This document shows, one piece after another, positions 49,230 to 63,906 of a stretch of 64,000 nt of DNA. A program made the translations under genes and the position numbers. A model generated the notes under the pieces. It ran no database searches. It saw only the letters and a list, made by a program, of their open reading frames with translations, and was not told the origin of the DNA. The DNA lies in the NCBI GenBank assembly GCA_051294375.1, contig CM119269.1, positions 3,974,302-4,038,301 on the forward strand. Direction: 5' to 3'. Positions within the stretch are counted from its first letter, which is position 1; each line of letters opens with the position of its first letter. This stretch comes from Paraspadella gotoi. Its lineage: Eukaryota > Animalia > Chaetognatha.

Positions 49230-51968
49230 ATCGAGCCTTGACCGGCGAAGCCGGGTCAGGCTCTATAATGTTTTTAGGGTTGCTTCTTTGTGACGTCGTC
49301 GTCGTCGTCGTCGTGTCACGCGTTTTCATATATAAAAACTAACTACGCTTTTATAGGTTTTGGCATGTGACTTACCGTTTTTTTTTAAAATAAAAAAATT
49401 ACTTATGAATTATGATAAATTTTTACAAAAGTGTGCGGATCATAGTAAAGTTAAAATTTAGATATGGCTTTTCATCTGAAATAGCTGTATATTTTCTTTT
49501 AACATTTTGATTTAAGTATTTTTTTGTTTGAATTTCACTTCATTATGACTTTACTGCAAATTATGCAATGAGATTATAGTACTCAATTAATAATAGCCAA
49601 ATTAGTATATAGAAATGCTTAAGCATTTACATATTGCAGTAATAATATAATTGAAGATGAAATTCAAAAAATTTTTTTTTAAATTTCTAAATAAAAATGG
49701 GAACTCAAAGATTCTTTTTTAATGAGAAGCTATATCTTAATTTTAATACAAATAAAAATAAAATCTTTTGACAAGCTGCGATTGGAAAAAATTGGAAAAA
49801 GTTTTCCAATCTGTAACCATTGTAACATTTTCTTTGGCCTTTCTTTTATTTATTTTTTAATATAATATAATTTTTTTTTAAGGCGCTGCCTATTTCTGAA
49901 TCGTTTTAAAAAACGAGTTTCAGTTTCTCTCTGCTTCTTTGGTGTGCGATCTCATTGGCGTGATCGTTCGTTTTTTGAAAAAATTCTGATTATTTTCTTT
50001 CTTTCCTAAAAACATATGATATTTGATCAGGCGCTGCCTTTTTCTGAATCGTTTAAAAAAAACGAGTTCAGGCCTCTCTCTCTCTCCCTCACGTCTCCTC
50101 CGTCTCTCTCTTCCTTGCTCTCTCTCTCTCTCTCTCTCCTCTTCTCTTTTTTTTTTACAAAAAAATTATTCCACTTTGTTTTTACCACACGTTTTTGAAA
50201 AATTCTTATTATTTCTTTCCTTCTAAACTTTTATTTATCGCCATTTATTCCGCGGCTTCTTTCTCAATACAAAATCCCAAAATTTAATCTGAGATTTTCG
50301 TGGATTTTTTTGAGAAAATGTGAAGAATAACTAACTTCACCTGGATTTCGTGCCGTTGCGGGGCAACGAAGTAAACAATGTCGAGGAACATGACCTAATA
50401 ACGCGTTACGTGTATAAATCACATTTACCGAGATCACGCACGATATAAACAAGAGTGACCTAATATTGCGTATCGTTGGCGGGAAAACTTTCTCTCTCTC
50501 TCTCGTCTCCTCTCTCTCTCTCTCTTTCTCCCTTCTCTCTCTCATCTCTCTTTCTCCTCCTCTCTCTCTCTCTCTCTCTCTCTCTTCTCAGCTCTCTCAT
50601 CTCTTTTTTTTTTACAAAAAAAATTATTCACTGTAAACGAGTAAACACGTGTTCCGGCTCTCTCTCTCTCTCTCTCCTCTCTCTTATCTAATCCTTTCTC
50701 TCTATCTGTCTCTCTCTCTCTTTCTCTCTTTCACTCTTTTTTTGGTACAAATAATTTTTTAGTAACCTTTTTTTTACCTCCGTCACTGCGCGCCACGAGT
50801 AACGAGTTCCGGCTCTCTCTATCTCTCTCTCTTCATCTTTTTTTTTTTTACAAAAAATTTTTTAGTCACTTTTTTTTTCACTCTATCTCTCTCTCTCTTC
50901 TCCTCTGTCTCTTCCTCTATGTACGACCGTTCGTTTTTTGAAAAAATTCTTTTATTTTTTCCTCTAAAAACCTTTATTTATCGCCATTTCACTTTTTTTT
51001 TCTCTAATACAAAACCCAATTTACAGTCCCGAGTTTTCATGGATTCTTTTTAGAAAAAAAAGGAAAAATAACTTATAACAGCAATGTCAGCATGTGAACA
51101 TCAAGCTTTGCTCTGTACATAGTAGCTGCTATATGTCCGGCAATTCGCGGATTAATTTAATTACATATATACTTTCTAACAAATAAATTTTTTTTGTTTG
51201 TTGTTTTATTACTGGTAACTTTGGCCGTCGGCACCCAACTATTGGCAAATTAATATCTAAATAGGGAGTTGAGAAGAGAGATATTGTCAAATAAACATAC
51301 TTTTTTTTGTTATTCTAATAATTTTTTACAAATTTTAAAATTGTAAATTTTTTTTAGTGTATATATTCTTAATTGCATTTTTATTTCTTTTTTAATAAAT
51401 AATTATTTTGAGTTGGGATAAATAATTTTATATAATTAGTTAAATATGCAAAATATGAAATTTGACACTCGGGTCGGTTTCTTCTTAAAAAAAAGGAACA
51501 ATCTAAAATTCATTAAGGAAAGGAAAGAGGTTCGTCCTGACTCAACGTCGAAAAACGAGTTCCGCATCTGCACGGCGGTCCAGCTTCTGGATTATACTTT
51601 ATATAAACGGAGTGAAACTGACAGCCTCTTCTCACTCTTTCTCTCTCTCTCTCTCTTCTCTCTCTCATCTCTTCTCTCTCTCTCTCTTTCATTCATACAA
51701 CGCATTTGTTGTTTTATTTAGCGATGAATGACTCATGCGCGTCAATGAATGACTATCATCGCATCAAATGAATGATTTATCATCAGTGATCAATGAAATG
51801 ATTATCATCACCATCAAATGAATGACTATCATTCGCATCAATCATCTGATATTCATCAACATCAGTGTTATTTATTATCATACGGCATCAATTATTGGTT
51901 ATCATCGGCATCAATATTGGGTTATCATCGCATCAATATTTGTTATCATCAAAATAGTAAGGCTCGAT
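49230..51968. mobile_element. Helentron/HINE-like family B, copy 1
   Basis: Ends ATCGAGCC / GGCTCGAT; terminal hairpin gagccttgaccggcgaagccgggtcaggctc; (GTC)n; atcatcgcatcaat minisatellite near the other end. Confidence 0.6.
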
Positions 51969-52056
51969 TCCTTATGTTTTAAGAATTTTTTTTATTTTGT
52001 AAAGCATTTATATTTCTTCATTATTACGTTTCATTTTTCAAGGACTTATATTTATT

Positions 52057-53227
52057 ATCGGAGCCTTGACCGGCGAAGCCGGGTCAGGCTCTATAATGTT
52101 TTAGGGTTGCTTCTTTGTGACGTAAAGTCGTCGTCGTCGTCGTCCGGTCGTCCCGTCACGCCTGTTTTCTATAATAAAAACTATACGCTTTTTATTAGGT
52201 TTGGCTGTGATTACCGTTTTTTTTAAAAATAAAAATTACTGATGAATTATGATAAAAGTTTTCAAAAAGTGTGCGATCATAGTAAATTAAAAATTTAGAT
52301 ATGGCTTTTTCATCTTGAAATAGCTGTGATATTTTCATAATTACATTGGATTTAAGTATTTTTTGTGTTTGAATTTCCACTTTCATGTCATGATTATCTG
52401 CAATATGCAAATGAGATAAAGTACCCTTATAATATCCAAATTAGTATATAGAAATGCTTTAATTAATTTACATATTGTAGGTATATAATATTGAAGATGA
52501 AAATTCAAAAAATTTGTTTTAAATTTTTAATAAAAATGGAACTCAAAGATTTTTTAATGAGAAGCATAATCTTAATTTTAATACAAATATAAATTAAATC
52601 CTTTTACAAGCTGCGATTGGAAAAAATTGAAAAATTTCGCAATTGTAAAAACAATTGTAACATATTTTTGGCCCTTTCTTTATTTTCTTTAAAATTATAT
52701 ATAGATTTTCTTTCCCTATATTTTTTACTTAAACACTTTTTTACTTTTTTTCCGGTTTTACGATTAAAAAATTATTAAAAAAAAGTCCTAGTTTGCCCTT
52801 TACTTAACACATTATAAATTATAACATTTTAGGTATACTTTCATTTATGCTTTATATTTTTTTCTTTTGTTCTTTTTTCATAATTTTTGTTTTTTGTTTT
52901 TACTTTTTATTAACGTTGTTTTTCGTTTATAGCTTTATATTTTTTTTGTTTTTGTTTTTGTTTTTGGGTCTTTGATCCATTTAAACGTTTGTGTCTTTTG
53001 TTTTTTTGATGTTTTTTTGGTTTAAAAATTGAATTTTGAAACGGTTCTGAACGTTATATTTTATAGTTTCTTAATGATTAGTTCATAACATTTATTTATG
53101 AGTCAATTTAAACGTTGTGTCTTTTTTTTTTTCTGTTGAATTTTAATAGTTTAGTTTTACTTGTTTACTGCTTTCTAGTTTTTTACCACCTGATACTGTT
53201 TTTGATTTTGTCAATACTGTTTTTGGT

Positions 53228-53263
<36 letters not shown>

Positions 53264-53571
53264 TTGTCAGTTGCTGCTTTTTCTGGAACCCTAAAAAAAC
53301 GAGTTTCAGGTCTGCAGTGACTTTTCAGCTGGCTTCCAGCTTTCTCTTTCTTTCTGTCTCTTTGGTCCTCTTTTTCTCTTTTGTCTCTCTTTCTCTCTCT
53401 TTCTGTCTTTCTGTCTCTCTCACTCTGTACGATCGTTCGTTTTTTTGAAAAATTCTGATTATTTTTTTCCTTCTTCAAACTTTTATTATCGGCCATTTAT
53501 TCCGTCTTTTTTTTTTCAAATACAGAAATCCAAATTTATTATCTGAGATATAAGTTGGAAAGAACGGTTTT

Positions 53572-53615
<44 letters not shown>

Positions 53616-55204
53616 CCTCTCTCTCTCTTCTTATTATTTTTTTTAAAAAAATGAGAATAACTTATAATGATATGCATTATCACATCATAAAGTCAGCTAA
53701 GTGACCTAATTATATTTGCAGCACTTTCGCCGATAAGTATTAATTGCATGCATGCACATTATAAAAAAAAATGTTTTCTCATTTATTATTGCAACTTTGG
53801 ACCGTTGGCCCACTATTGGGCAAATATATCTAAAATAGGAGTTGATAAGAGATATAGTCAAATTAAGACATTACTTTTTTGTTCTTCTGATAAATTTTAC
53901 TATTATTAAATTTATGAAATATTTTTAGTGTATATATTTATCATTTTTAACTTTTTTTTTAAATAATAATTATTTGAGTTTGTTGATAACTATTTATAAA
54001 TGTTAATTAAATATGCCAAATATTAAATTCTGACCTCGGTCTGGTTTTTCCTAAAAGAAGGAACAATCTTTTTCTCTCTAATCTCTCTTGCTCTCTCTCT
54101 TCTCTCTCTCATCTTCTCTCTCTCATCTTCTCTCTTTCTCTCTCTTTTTTTTCCTTCTAAAACCACTTTTATTACGCCTTTATTCCGAGATTTTCGTGGA
54201 TTTTGTTCTTCTAAAAACTTTTATTATCGCCATTATGATTATTTTTATCTCATTGAACATACAAAATCCAAAATACTAATAACTTACTTAACCTGATTTC
54301 GTGGTCGGTTGCGGAGCAACAAGTAACATGTGAGGAACATGACCTATAACGCGTTACGTGTATAAAAAAAAATCAACAATAGACCCCAATTTCACGACGC
54401 CGTTGCGAGGCAGGGATAACCGATATAAAACAGAAGTGACCTAATATGCTCTCCGTTGGTGGGAAACCTCTCTCTCTCTCTCTTCTCACTCTCCCTCCCC
54501 CTCCCCTTTCTGTCTTCCTCCCCTCTCCTCTCCTCTCCTCTCCCTCTCTCCTCTCTACTCCTTTCTCTCTCTCTCTCTCTCTCATCCCTCTCTGCTCTCA
54601 GATCAAGAACTCGCCCCTTCCTTCTCTCTCATCCTCTCTCTCTCTTTTTTTTCCTTCTAAAACTTTTAATTATCGGCATTTTATTCGGGCGCTTCTTTTC
54701 TCAATACAAAATCACAAATTACATCCGAAGATTTTCGTGGATTTTTTTTCTAAACAATGTCTGATTATCTTTATATAACGAGAGGAGACCTAATAATGGC
54801 GTTTCGGTTTGGCGGGAAAACTGTCCACCTCTCTCTCTCCTCCTCTCTCTTCTCTCTCTCTTCTCTCTCTTCCTCTCTCTCTCTCCTTTCTCTCTCTCTT
54901 CACTCAATACACGCATTGGTTTGTTTATATTTACGATGAATGTTCAGCGCGGCAATGAATCACTATCATCGCATCAATGAATGACTATCGATCGTATCAA
55001 TGAATGATTATCATCATATCATGAATGACTATCATCGGTCTATATTAATCATATTGGATTATCATCACATGAAGTACATTTTGTTATCATCGCAATCAAT
55101 TATTGGTTATGCATCGGGCGTCAATAATTTGGTTATCATCAGCACGATATAATTTGGGTTTATCATCGCATCAATATTTGGTTACTATCGCGAAGCGGCT
55201 CGAT
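52057..55204. mobile_element. Helentron/HINE-like family B, copy 2
   Basis: Same ends, hairpin and internal blocks as 49230-51968. Confidence 0.6.
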
Positions 55205-55427
55205 CTTTTGCTTTTTAAGGATTGATTTTTTTCTTAGTATTTTTTAACCCTTTGCTTTGAATTTCCGGATTAACTTGTTCTTTTTAGTTTTGTATTCTCG
55301 GTTTATTTATTTATCCTCTTCTCTACTNNNNNNNNNNNNNNNNNNNNNNNNNNNNNNNNNNNNNNNNNNNNNNNNNNNNNNNNNNNNNNNNNNNNNNNNN
55401 NNNNNNNNNNNNNNNNNNNNNNNNNNN

Positions 55428-58400
55428 CTAAATTATGCAAGAAAATCGTATGGATGATCAATTAAGAAGGTGGTGGGTTCTCAAACAAAAAGATGATGAA
55501 TTGATTAAAGTAAGAATGAAAAAATTAAAAATGAAAATAAAAAACAATTGGAGGCAGCAGGACATCATGCCATAAACTTGAAGAGTTGAAACAAACATAG
55601 ATAATTTAAATCCAGATCATAATATTGAATTTTGAAGAAAAATGAGATGATAGAACCAAAGAACATAATAGGAGCTTAGAATCATCAAACAGACTTTGAA
55701 TACAAATAGAAGAGATAAAAAAATGTAGAGGCAGAAACTTATAGAAGAGCAAGGAAAACTGCTTGAGAGAAATAAAAATTTTGTGTCCAGATGACAGGTT
55801 TTCAGAAAAATCATAATGAAAATGTAAAAAACAAAAGAAAAGAATGAGAAAATTGAAAATATACAAAGCATGTTTTTAAAATATCAAAAATGAAGAGACT
55901 CCTTGGACAAATTAAAGATGAAAGAAAAACTGATGAAGATGCTGAGCATCAAAAGTTTCAAGAGAAAAAGATAGCAGAACTGATCAATATGGCTTGGAAC
56001 CTCTTGAGGTAATACGATACTTGCTTTTGAAGAAAAAATTCGGATCTACATCAAGAACATACGCGAGCTTACAACATCAAATTGAAATGAATGTCACAGA
56101 ATAGAATAATGCAAAAAAGTTGTAATGAAATTGAACAAAGAAGAAGAAGAAATTAAAATGATCAGAATTTGTCAAAAAAATTGAATCAATGAAAAAGAAC
56201 AGGATATTCCCAGCTTAAAACAACAGCAAATTATGGCAAGATATCGAGAATGATGCAATTAGAAAGTGGTGGGTTTTTCAACAAAAAGATGAATGGAATT
56301 GATAAATTAAGCAATGAAAAAGATTAAAAGAATGAAGAACTAAAGATCAATTGGAGCTAGCAGAGACAACATCAATGGACGCGAATAACTTGAAGGTTGA
56401 AACAAACAATGAGATAATTTAAATCCAGATCATGATTATTGATTTGAAGAAAAAATGTAGACTGACTGAGACCAAAGAACATAATAGGAGTCTTGAATCA
56501 TCAAAACAGGCAATTATGATACAAATAGAAGATGAAAAAATGTATGGAAGGCGAACTTAATGAAAGAGCAAGGAACTCTTAGAAAATAAAAATTTTGTGT
56601 CCAGATGATCAGAGTTTTTCAGAAAATCAAATGAATAATGTAAAAAACAAAATGAAATTAGTATGAAGAAATTAGGGAAAATATACAAAAGCATGTTTTA
56701 AGAAATATCAAAATGAAGACATCCTTGGACAATTAAAGAAATGAAAGGAAAAAAACGATGAAAGATGCTGAGGCATACAAAAGTTTCAAGAGAAAAAGAT
56801 AGCAGAAACTGATCAATATGTTGAAACGCTTGAGGTAGACGATACTGCTTTTTGATAAAAAATTCGAAGATCTGACCATAAGAACATAACCCGTAGCTTA
56901 CCACATCAAATGAAATGACTGTACAAGATCGTATCAGATTAGAAGATGAACAGAGATTTGTATGAAATTGAAAAACAGAAAAAGAAGAATTTAAAAATGG
57001 GTCAAGAGATCTTTGCAAAAAAATTGAATCGAATGAAGATAAGAACCAATGATATTGCCCAGCTAAAACAAACACAATTATGCAAGATATCAAGATGATG
57101 CAATTAAAAGTGGTGGGCTTCTCAACAAAAAGACTGATGAATTGATAAATAAGATGAAAATGTTAAAAATAATTGAAATAAAAACAATTGGAGCAGGCAG
57201 GAAACGATTCAATGCCAATAAAACTTGAAGAGTTCGAAACAAACAATAGAACATATTACAATCCTAGACTCATGATATATGGTTTTGAAGAAAAAATGAG
57301 ACGATTAGGACCCAAGAAAACATAATAGGAGCTTGAATCATCAAACAGGACTTCATGATACAAATAGAAGAGGATTGAAAAAAGATGTATGAGGCAGAAA
57401 CTTAATGAGAGCAGGAAAAGACCTTAGAAAAAATTAAAATTTGGTGTCCAGAGACAGGTTTTCAGAAAAATCAATAATGAAAATGTAAAAAAGACAAAAA
57501 GAAATAATGGAAGAAATTGGAAAATATACCAAAAGATGTTTTAAATATCAAATGAAGCAATCCTTGGACAAATTAAAGAAATGAAAGAAAAGAAACTGAT
57601 GAAGATGCTGGGCATCAAAAGTTTCAAGAGAAAAAGATAGCAGAATGAATCAAATATGCTTGAAACCTCTGAGGTAGACGATAACTGCTTTTGAAAGAAA
57701 AAATTCGAGATCTACATCAAGAACATAACAGTAAGCTTACAAACAGTCAAAATTGAAATGATGCACAAATAGATGAAATGAAAAAGTTGTATGAAATTGA
57801 AACAAAACAGAAGAGAAGAATTGAAAATGGAATCAGAATTTGCTGCAAAAAATTGTATTAATGAAAAAAGAACATGATATTTGCCCAGCTTAAACAACAG
57901 CAAATTATGCAAGATATCGAGATGATGCCAATTAAAAGTGTGGGTTCTCAAACAAAAAGATGATGAATTGAAATAAATAAAATGAAAAATTAAAAAAATG
58001 AAAATAAAACAATTGGAGCAGCAGGAACATCATGCCAATAAAACTTGAAGAGTTGAAACAAACAATAGATAATTTAAATCCAGATCATGATATTGATTTT
58101 TTGAAGAAAAAATGAGACTGATAGACCAAGAACATAATAGGAGCTTGAATCATCAAACAGAAACTTATGATACAAATAGAAGAGATGAAAAAAAATGTAT
58201 GAGGCAGAACTTAATGAAGAGCAAGAACTCTTAGAAAATAAAATTTTGTGTCCCAGATGACAGGTTTTCAGAAAAATCATAATGAAAATGTAAAAAAACA
58301 AAAAAGAAATAATGGAAGAAATTGAAAATATACAAAAAGCAGTTTTAAAATATCAAAATGAAGACATCCTTGGACAAATTAAAGAAATGAAAAAAAAAAC

Positions 58401-60280
58401 TGATTGAAGATGCTGAGCATCAAAAAGTTTCAAGAGAAAAAGATAGCAGAACTGATCAATATGCTTGAAACCTCTGAGGTAGACGATACTGCTTTTGAAG
58501 AAAAAATTCGAGATCTACATCAAGAACATAACCGTAGCTTACAACATCAAATTGAAATGATGTCACAAATAGATGAAATGAAAAGTTGTATGAAATTGAA
58601 CAAACAGAAAGAAGAAGATTAAAAATGGATCAAGAATTTGTCAAAAAAATTGAATCAATGAAAAAAGAACATGGATATTGCCCAGCTTAAACAACAGCAA
58701 ATTATGCAAGATATCGAGATGATGCATTAAAATGGTGGTTGTTCAACAAAAAGATGATGAATTGATAATAAAATGAAAAGTTAAAAAGATGAAAATAAAA
58801 AACAATTGGAGCAGCAGAAACATCATGCCAATAACTTGAAGAGTTGAACACAAACAATAGATAATTTAAATCCAGATCATGATATTGATTTTGAAGAAAA
58901 ATGAGACTGATAGACAAGAACATAATAGGAGCTTTAATCATCAAACAGAACTTATGATACAATAGAAGGATGAAAAAAATGTATGAGGCAGAACTTAATT
59001 GAAGAGCAAGAACTCTAGAAAATAAAAATTTTTGTGCTCCAGATGACAAGTTTTCAGAAAAATCATAATGAAAATGTAAAAAAACAAAAAGAAATAATGG
59101 AAGAAATTGAAAATATACAAAGCATGTTTTACAATATCAAAATGAAGACATCCTTGTGACAAATTAAAGAATATGAAAGAAAAAACTGATGAAGATGCTG
59201 AGCATCAAAGTTTCAAGAGAAAAAGATAGCAGAATGATCAATATGCTTGAAACCTCTGAGGTAGACGATACTGCTTTTGAAGAAAAAATTCGAGATCTAC
59301 ATCAAGAACATAACCGTTAGCTTACAACATCAAATTGAAATGATGTCACAAATAGATGAAATGAAAAAGTTGTATGAAATTGAAAAAACAGAAGAAGAAG
59401 AATTAAAAAATGGATCAAGAATTTGTCAAAAAAATTGAATCAATGAAAAAAGAACATGATATTGCCCAGCTTAAACAACAGCAAATTATGCCAAGATATC
59501 GAGATGATGCAATTAAAAGTGGTGGGTGTACTAGCAAAAAGATGATGAATTGATAAATAAATGAAAAAGTTAAAAACTGAAAATAAAAAACAATTGGAAG
59601 GAGTGAGAACATCATGCCAATAAACTTGAAAAGAGTTGAAACAAGACAAAGCATATTTTAAATCCAAGATCATGATATTGATTTTGAAGTAAAAATGAGA
59701 CTGATATGAACCAAGAACATAAAGGAGCTTTGAAATCATCAACAAGAACTTATGATACATCAGAAGAGATGAAAAAAATGTATGAGGCAGAACTTAATGA
59801 AGAGCAAGAACTCTAAAAATAAAAATTTTGTGTCCAGATGACAGGTTTCAGAAAAATCATAATGAAATGTAAAAAAACCAAAAGAAATAATGGCAAGAAA
59901 TTGAAATATACAAAAGCATGTTTAACAATATCAAAATGAGACACTTGGGAGCAGATAGAAGAAATGAAAGAAAAAACTGATGAAGATGCTGAGCATCGCA
60001 AAAAGTTTCAAAGAGAAAAAGATTAGCAGAAACTGATCAATTGCTTGAAACCTCTGAGTAGACGATACGCTTTTGAAGAAAAATTCGAAGATCTACTCAA
60101 GAGAATTAAACGCGTAGCGTTACACATCAAAAATAGCTGAATGATGTCACAAAGATGAAATGAAAAAAGTGTTGAAATTGAAAAGACAGAAGAAGAGAGA
60201 AGTAGAATAAAATGGGATCAAGAAGTTGTCAAAAAAATTCGTATCAATGAAAAAAGAGAATGGATCATTGGCCCAGCTAA
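55428..60280 (+). repeat. Protein-coding tandem array, ~0.8-kb unit (~260 aa coiled coil), about 6 copies, indel-rich
   Basis: Unit starts near 55430, 56229, 57078, 57901, 58699, 59483; by-eye consensus QIMQDIEMMQLKVV...DIDFEEKMRL.DQEHNRSLNHQTELMIQ...DDTAFEEKIRDLHQEHNRSLQHQIEMMSQ...MKKEHDIAQLKQQ. Confidence 0.85.
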
Positions 60281-60508
60281 AATTTAAAATTTATTATTTT
60301 TTTTGTCTGGACTTGCCCCAAAAAATTGAAGAAAAAGTACAAAATTTTAATATTTATTTTAATTTTAATGCAATATTTCAAAAACCTCTGTCTTTATGCC
60401 CTTGATGACGAAAGAAGTCATCGAAGAGATAGAGAGAGAGAGAGAAACAGAGAGAGAAAGAGAGAGAGAGAGAGAGACCCCCCTCTATTCCTCTCTCCAT
60501 ATATTCAG

Positions 60509-62735
60509 GAGGAAGAAGCGGTGATGCGACACCTGACGAATCGGATCGAACGCAGCGTGGATCTGCTCGACGCGATGGAGGCGTCCACGACGGAGATGAC
60601 CTTTCAGGCGGAGGACATGGTGCAGCGTCTCCTCGGGATTGGCGAGGAGCGCGAAAGGAGAGCGAAGAGAGAAGGAATTGAAGCGGGGAGCACGGGCGAA
60701 GACGGTTCGAAAACTGAATTGGAAGAAGCGAAGAAACTCAAGGTTTATTGAAAAAAAATTATTAAAATTTATAACAATAGATTGGGAACAACATTACGAT
60801 GTAGATTAGAGTGATGTGAAAATGATCAAATTTTATGTAATTAAAATTTAGCTTGTAAATTATGAAATTAAAAACCCATTAAAATATTGGAATTCCTGAA
60901 AGCGGCGCTAGCAGTCCTTTAGATTTGAGGTTTTTTTTTCTGTCTTAACAAATGAACAACCCACTATAGGCAAATTACATGCATTTTTAACGTTAGTGGG
61001 ACAGACGGACATACCGACCGACCGACGGACCGACCGACCGAGTAACTTATAGAGTTGCTCCCCGAGTACTCACGGGGCAACTAAAAAACAAACTAATAAA
61101 CAACAGAATAGTAATTAGCTTTTGTACTGAACTGGTAACCACTTATTTTTACCCTAAAATAAATAAGAAATTAAGCCAATTTATCTCAATTTCAATTTTA
61201 GTCTCAATTTTATTACTCAGGTATTGACGGCCGCGTTGAGGGAGGTGGAGGAAAAAACGGAAATTATAGAAGAAATGACGAGGGACGCCTCCGCCATGAT
61301 GGAGAGGGCCGATGTACTACGACGAAGAGTTACTCAAATGGAAGAGGTGGGTTGGAAGAGGAAAAAAGAAAAAAATGAGTGGAAATAGTGACGTTGTCAA
61401 AAAGTTAAATTTATTGCCTTTTATACAATGATTATTACTCATCACTTTTTATAATTGAAAGTTCTGTAAAACTAATGCAAAATTCTTTGAACAATTTTTT
61501 TTAAATAGTGGAGAATATTAAAACATTGCGGCATATATATATTTACTGTTGCATAGGCAATGAAAAAATATAAATTTTTATCTAATATGGGTTGTATGGG
61601 AACCAGCCTTATGATTCTTACTCCCCTTTTATTTGAAGGTCGAGAAGGCAAAGAGAACACAACCGGCAGATTTTGTGATGGCTTCAGATTCAAGCACTGC
61701 ATTTGACAACAGACTTAAAAATTTGCAGGAAAAGCACCAACACGAACTCGAGGTCAGTTTTCATGGTATTGATGTACTTGAACAAAATCCCTCACTTTTT
61801 TAAAAGATCTAATTTACCTAACAAATCTGAATGCCTGTAATAACCAATTAAAGTTTTTTTTCAAAATATACTAAAACAATTTATTGACCATACATAAGAA
61901 TCCCTATACTATGAAATCTTTATGAAATGTAGTTATCCTTATCCCATTTATATTACAGAATGAAAAAATAAAACTGCAAGTTTACAAATCTAAAGAGATG
62001 TACATTTTTAATAGAAATGAAATGGATCCTGCAGAAAATTTAGAATTTTATAATGATTTAGTTAAAGCTGTTCCATCGGCTGAAATAGAAGCAAACGATA
62101 CTGAGAAAAGCAAACTGCTTCTGGTTCAACAACTGAGTGAAGATAATTTGAGAGATTACCAATTGTCAAAAAAATTGAAAAAGTTAGAGGCAGAGAATAT
62201 ATCAAGCATTACTGAGCATAAGGAAGAATCACATGATAATGAACTGGACCAGAAAAGATTTGGAGAAAAACAAAAGTTCATATCAATAAATGAATGCAAT
62301 GAAGAAATGTCTAAAACTGAGATAGATAAGAATCTACTAAAAGAAGATTTTTTTAAAACAGAAAAAGAATTATATGCTGAGCATCAAAAAGATATTCAAA
62401 CATATAAGCAATTGGAACAAATAGAAAATTTTCACAAAGAGCAAAAAAACAAACAACTTCGTCTTATATCTGATATTGAAAACATAAAAATCAATGTTGT
62501 TAAAAGCCAAGATGAATTTCTAAAGTCAAATATTACTGAGAAGCATTCACCTAGAAATCAACCTCCACAAGAATATGAATCTAGCTTTCAACAGGAAATG
62601 GACATGTCACAAACGGACAAAATAAAAAAGTTGTATGAAAGTAAACAATCAGAAAAATTAGTGTCAGATCAAGAATTTGCTGAAAAAATTGTATTAATGA
62701 AAAAAGAACATGATATTGCCCAGCTTAAACAACAG
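60509..62735 (+). CDS. Coiled-coil repeat protein, internal exons leading into the tandem array
   Basis: Exons 60509-60742, 61221-61346, 61639-61752, 61959-62735 splice in frame; the last breaks at an AG tract exactly at ...KKEHDIAQLKQQ. Confidence 0.8.
60891..61088 (+). mobile_element. HINE-like family A, copy 3
   Basis: Same body; terminal hairpin agttgctccccgagtactcacggggcaact followed by an A-run. Confidence 0.7.
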
Positions 62736-62764
62736 AGAAAGAAGAGAGAGGGAAGAGAGAGGAG

Positions 62765-62819
<55 letters not shown>

Positions 62820-62895
62820 AATCAGAAAAACTGATTTTTATCAAAAGCCCCTCCCTATGCTCACATCAGGACTGAATACTCTGTTTTTATCTGGA

Positions 62896-63750
62896 GTGAT
62901 CATTTTGGGAAAGGAGTAGAGCAGACTGAAGTGGTTGAAAAGAAAGCACAAGAGCAACGGGTGGCAGTTGAGATGCCAACCAATGNNNNNNNNNNAAAGC
63001 ACAAGAGCAACCGGCGGCATTTGAGATGCCAACCAATGAGCAAATATCTGCGGCTCTCATTTTGGAGGAGGCTATGAAAGAAGCCGTCGAACTGGCCTCA
63101 ATGAAAACTGAGTCTGTCATTAAGGAAGCCCCGATTGAAACAGCGCCGGCGACTGACGCACCGGCAAAAGCGCCACGACGCCGCAAGACCGAGGAAATCA
63201 AAGTTCCGACGGCGAAGGAGACGATGACTTTAGCACCGGCGCCCCGCGGCGATTCCATCAAAGAAGCGGCGCTGCTGTCCGAGATCGATCGAGTCGCTCG
63301 CGCCCTCTACGGAAAACTCGGCGTTCTCGAGACTTTTGAGGCCGACGCCCGATTGCGACTCAGCGGCGTCGAGGAGGCCGTCGGCGTCGTTGAACGGCTC
63401 GCCGTCCGTCGCCATCGGGGAACGGTGCCCGCGACAATGTTGGATGCAAATGTCACAATCGTGTCTCCAGCTCCGGAGAAGGCTCCGCCGAGGACCAAGA
63501 AGCGAGAGGCCGTCGCCGCCGTCTCAGCGACGCCTATGGCCGAAAAACCGCCACGGAGACGCCAGAAACAAGAGCGGCCGCAGCAGCCTCAGCCTCAGCC
63601 TCAGCTAGACTCCCTGATGACGACGTTGAAGCTGCTGGAGAAAAGTCTGGACGTCCTCTACTTTCTAGAGTTCGAAACTGTCAACGAGGAGGCGCAAATA
63701 AAGAGGCTTATTGCCATCGCCGATCGACTGCACGATCGGGAAGAATCGAG
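62896..63750 (+). CDS. Further exon of the coiled-coil protein, with a collapsed 45-bp coding repeat at the N gap
   Basis: KAQEQ.(V/A)A.EMPTN on both sides of the gap; LMTTLKLLEKSLDVLYFLEFET...QIKRL matches the module of the 13453-16425 exon; donor GT at 63751. Confidence 0.7.
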
Positions 63751-63818
63751 GTGATTTGGAGAATGAATGAGGGAATGGATGAATGAATGAATCAATCAAT
63801 GAATAAAAACAAAAATAA

Positions 63819-63906
<88 letters not shown>

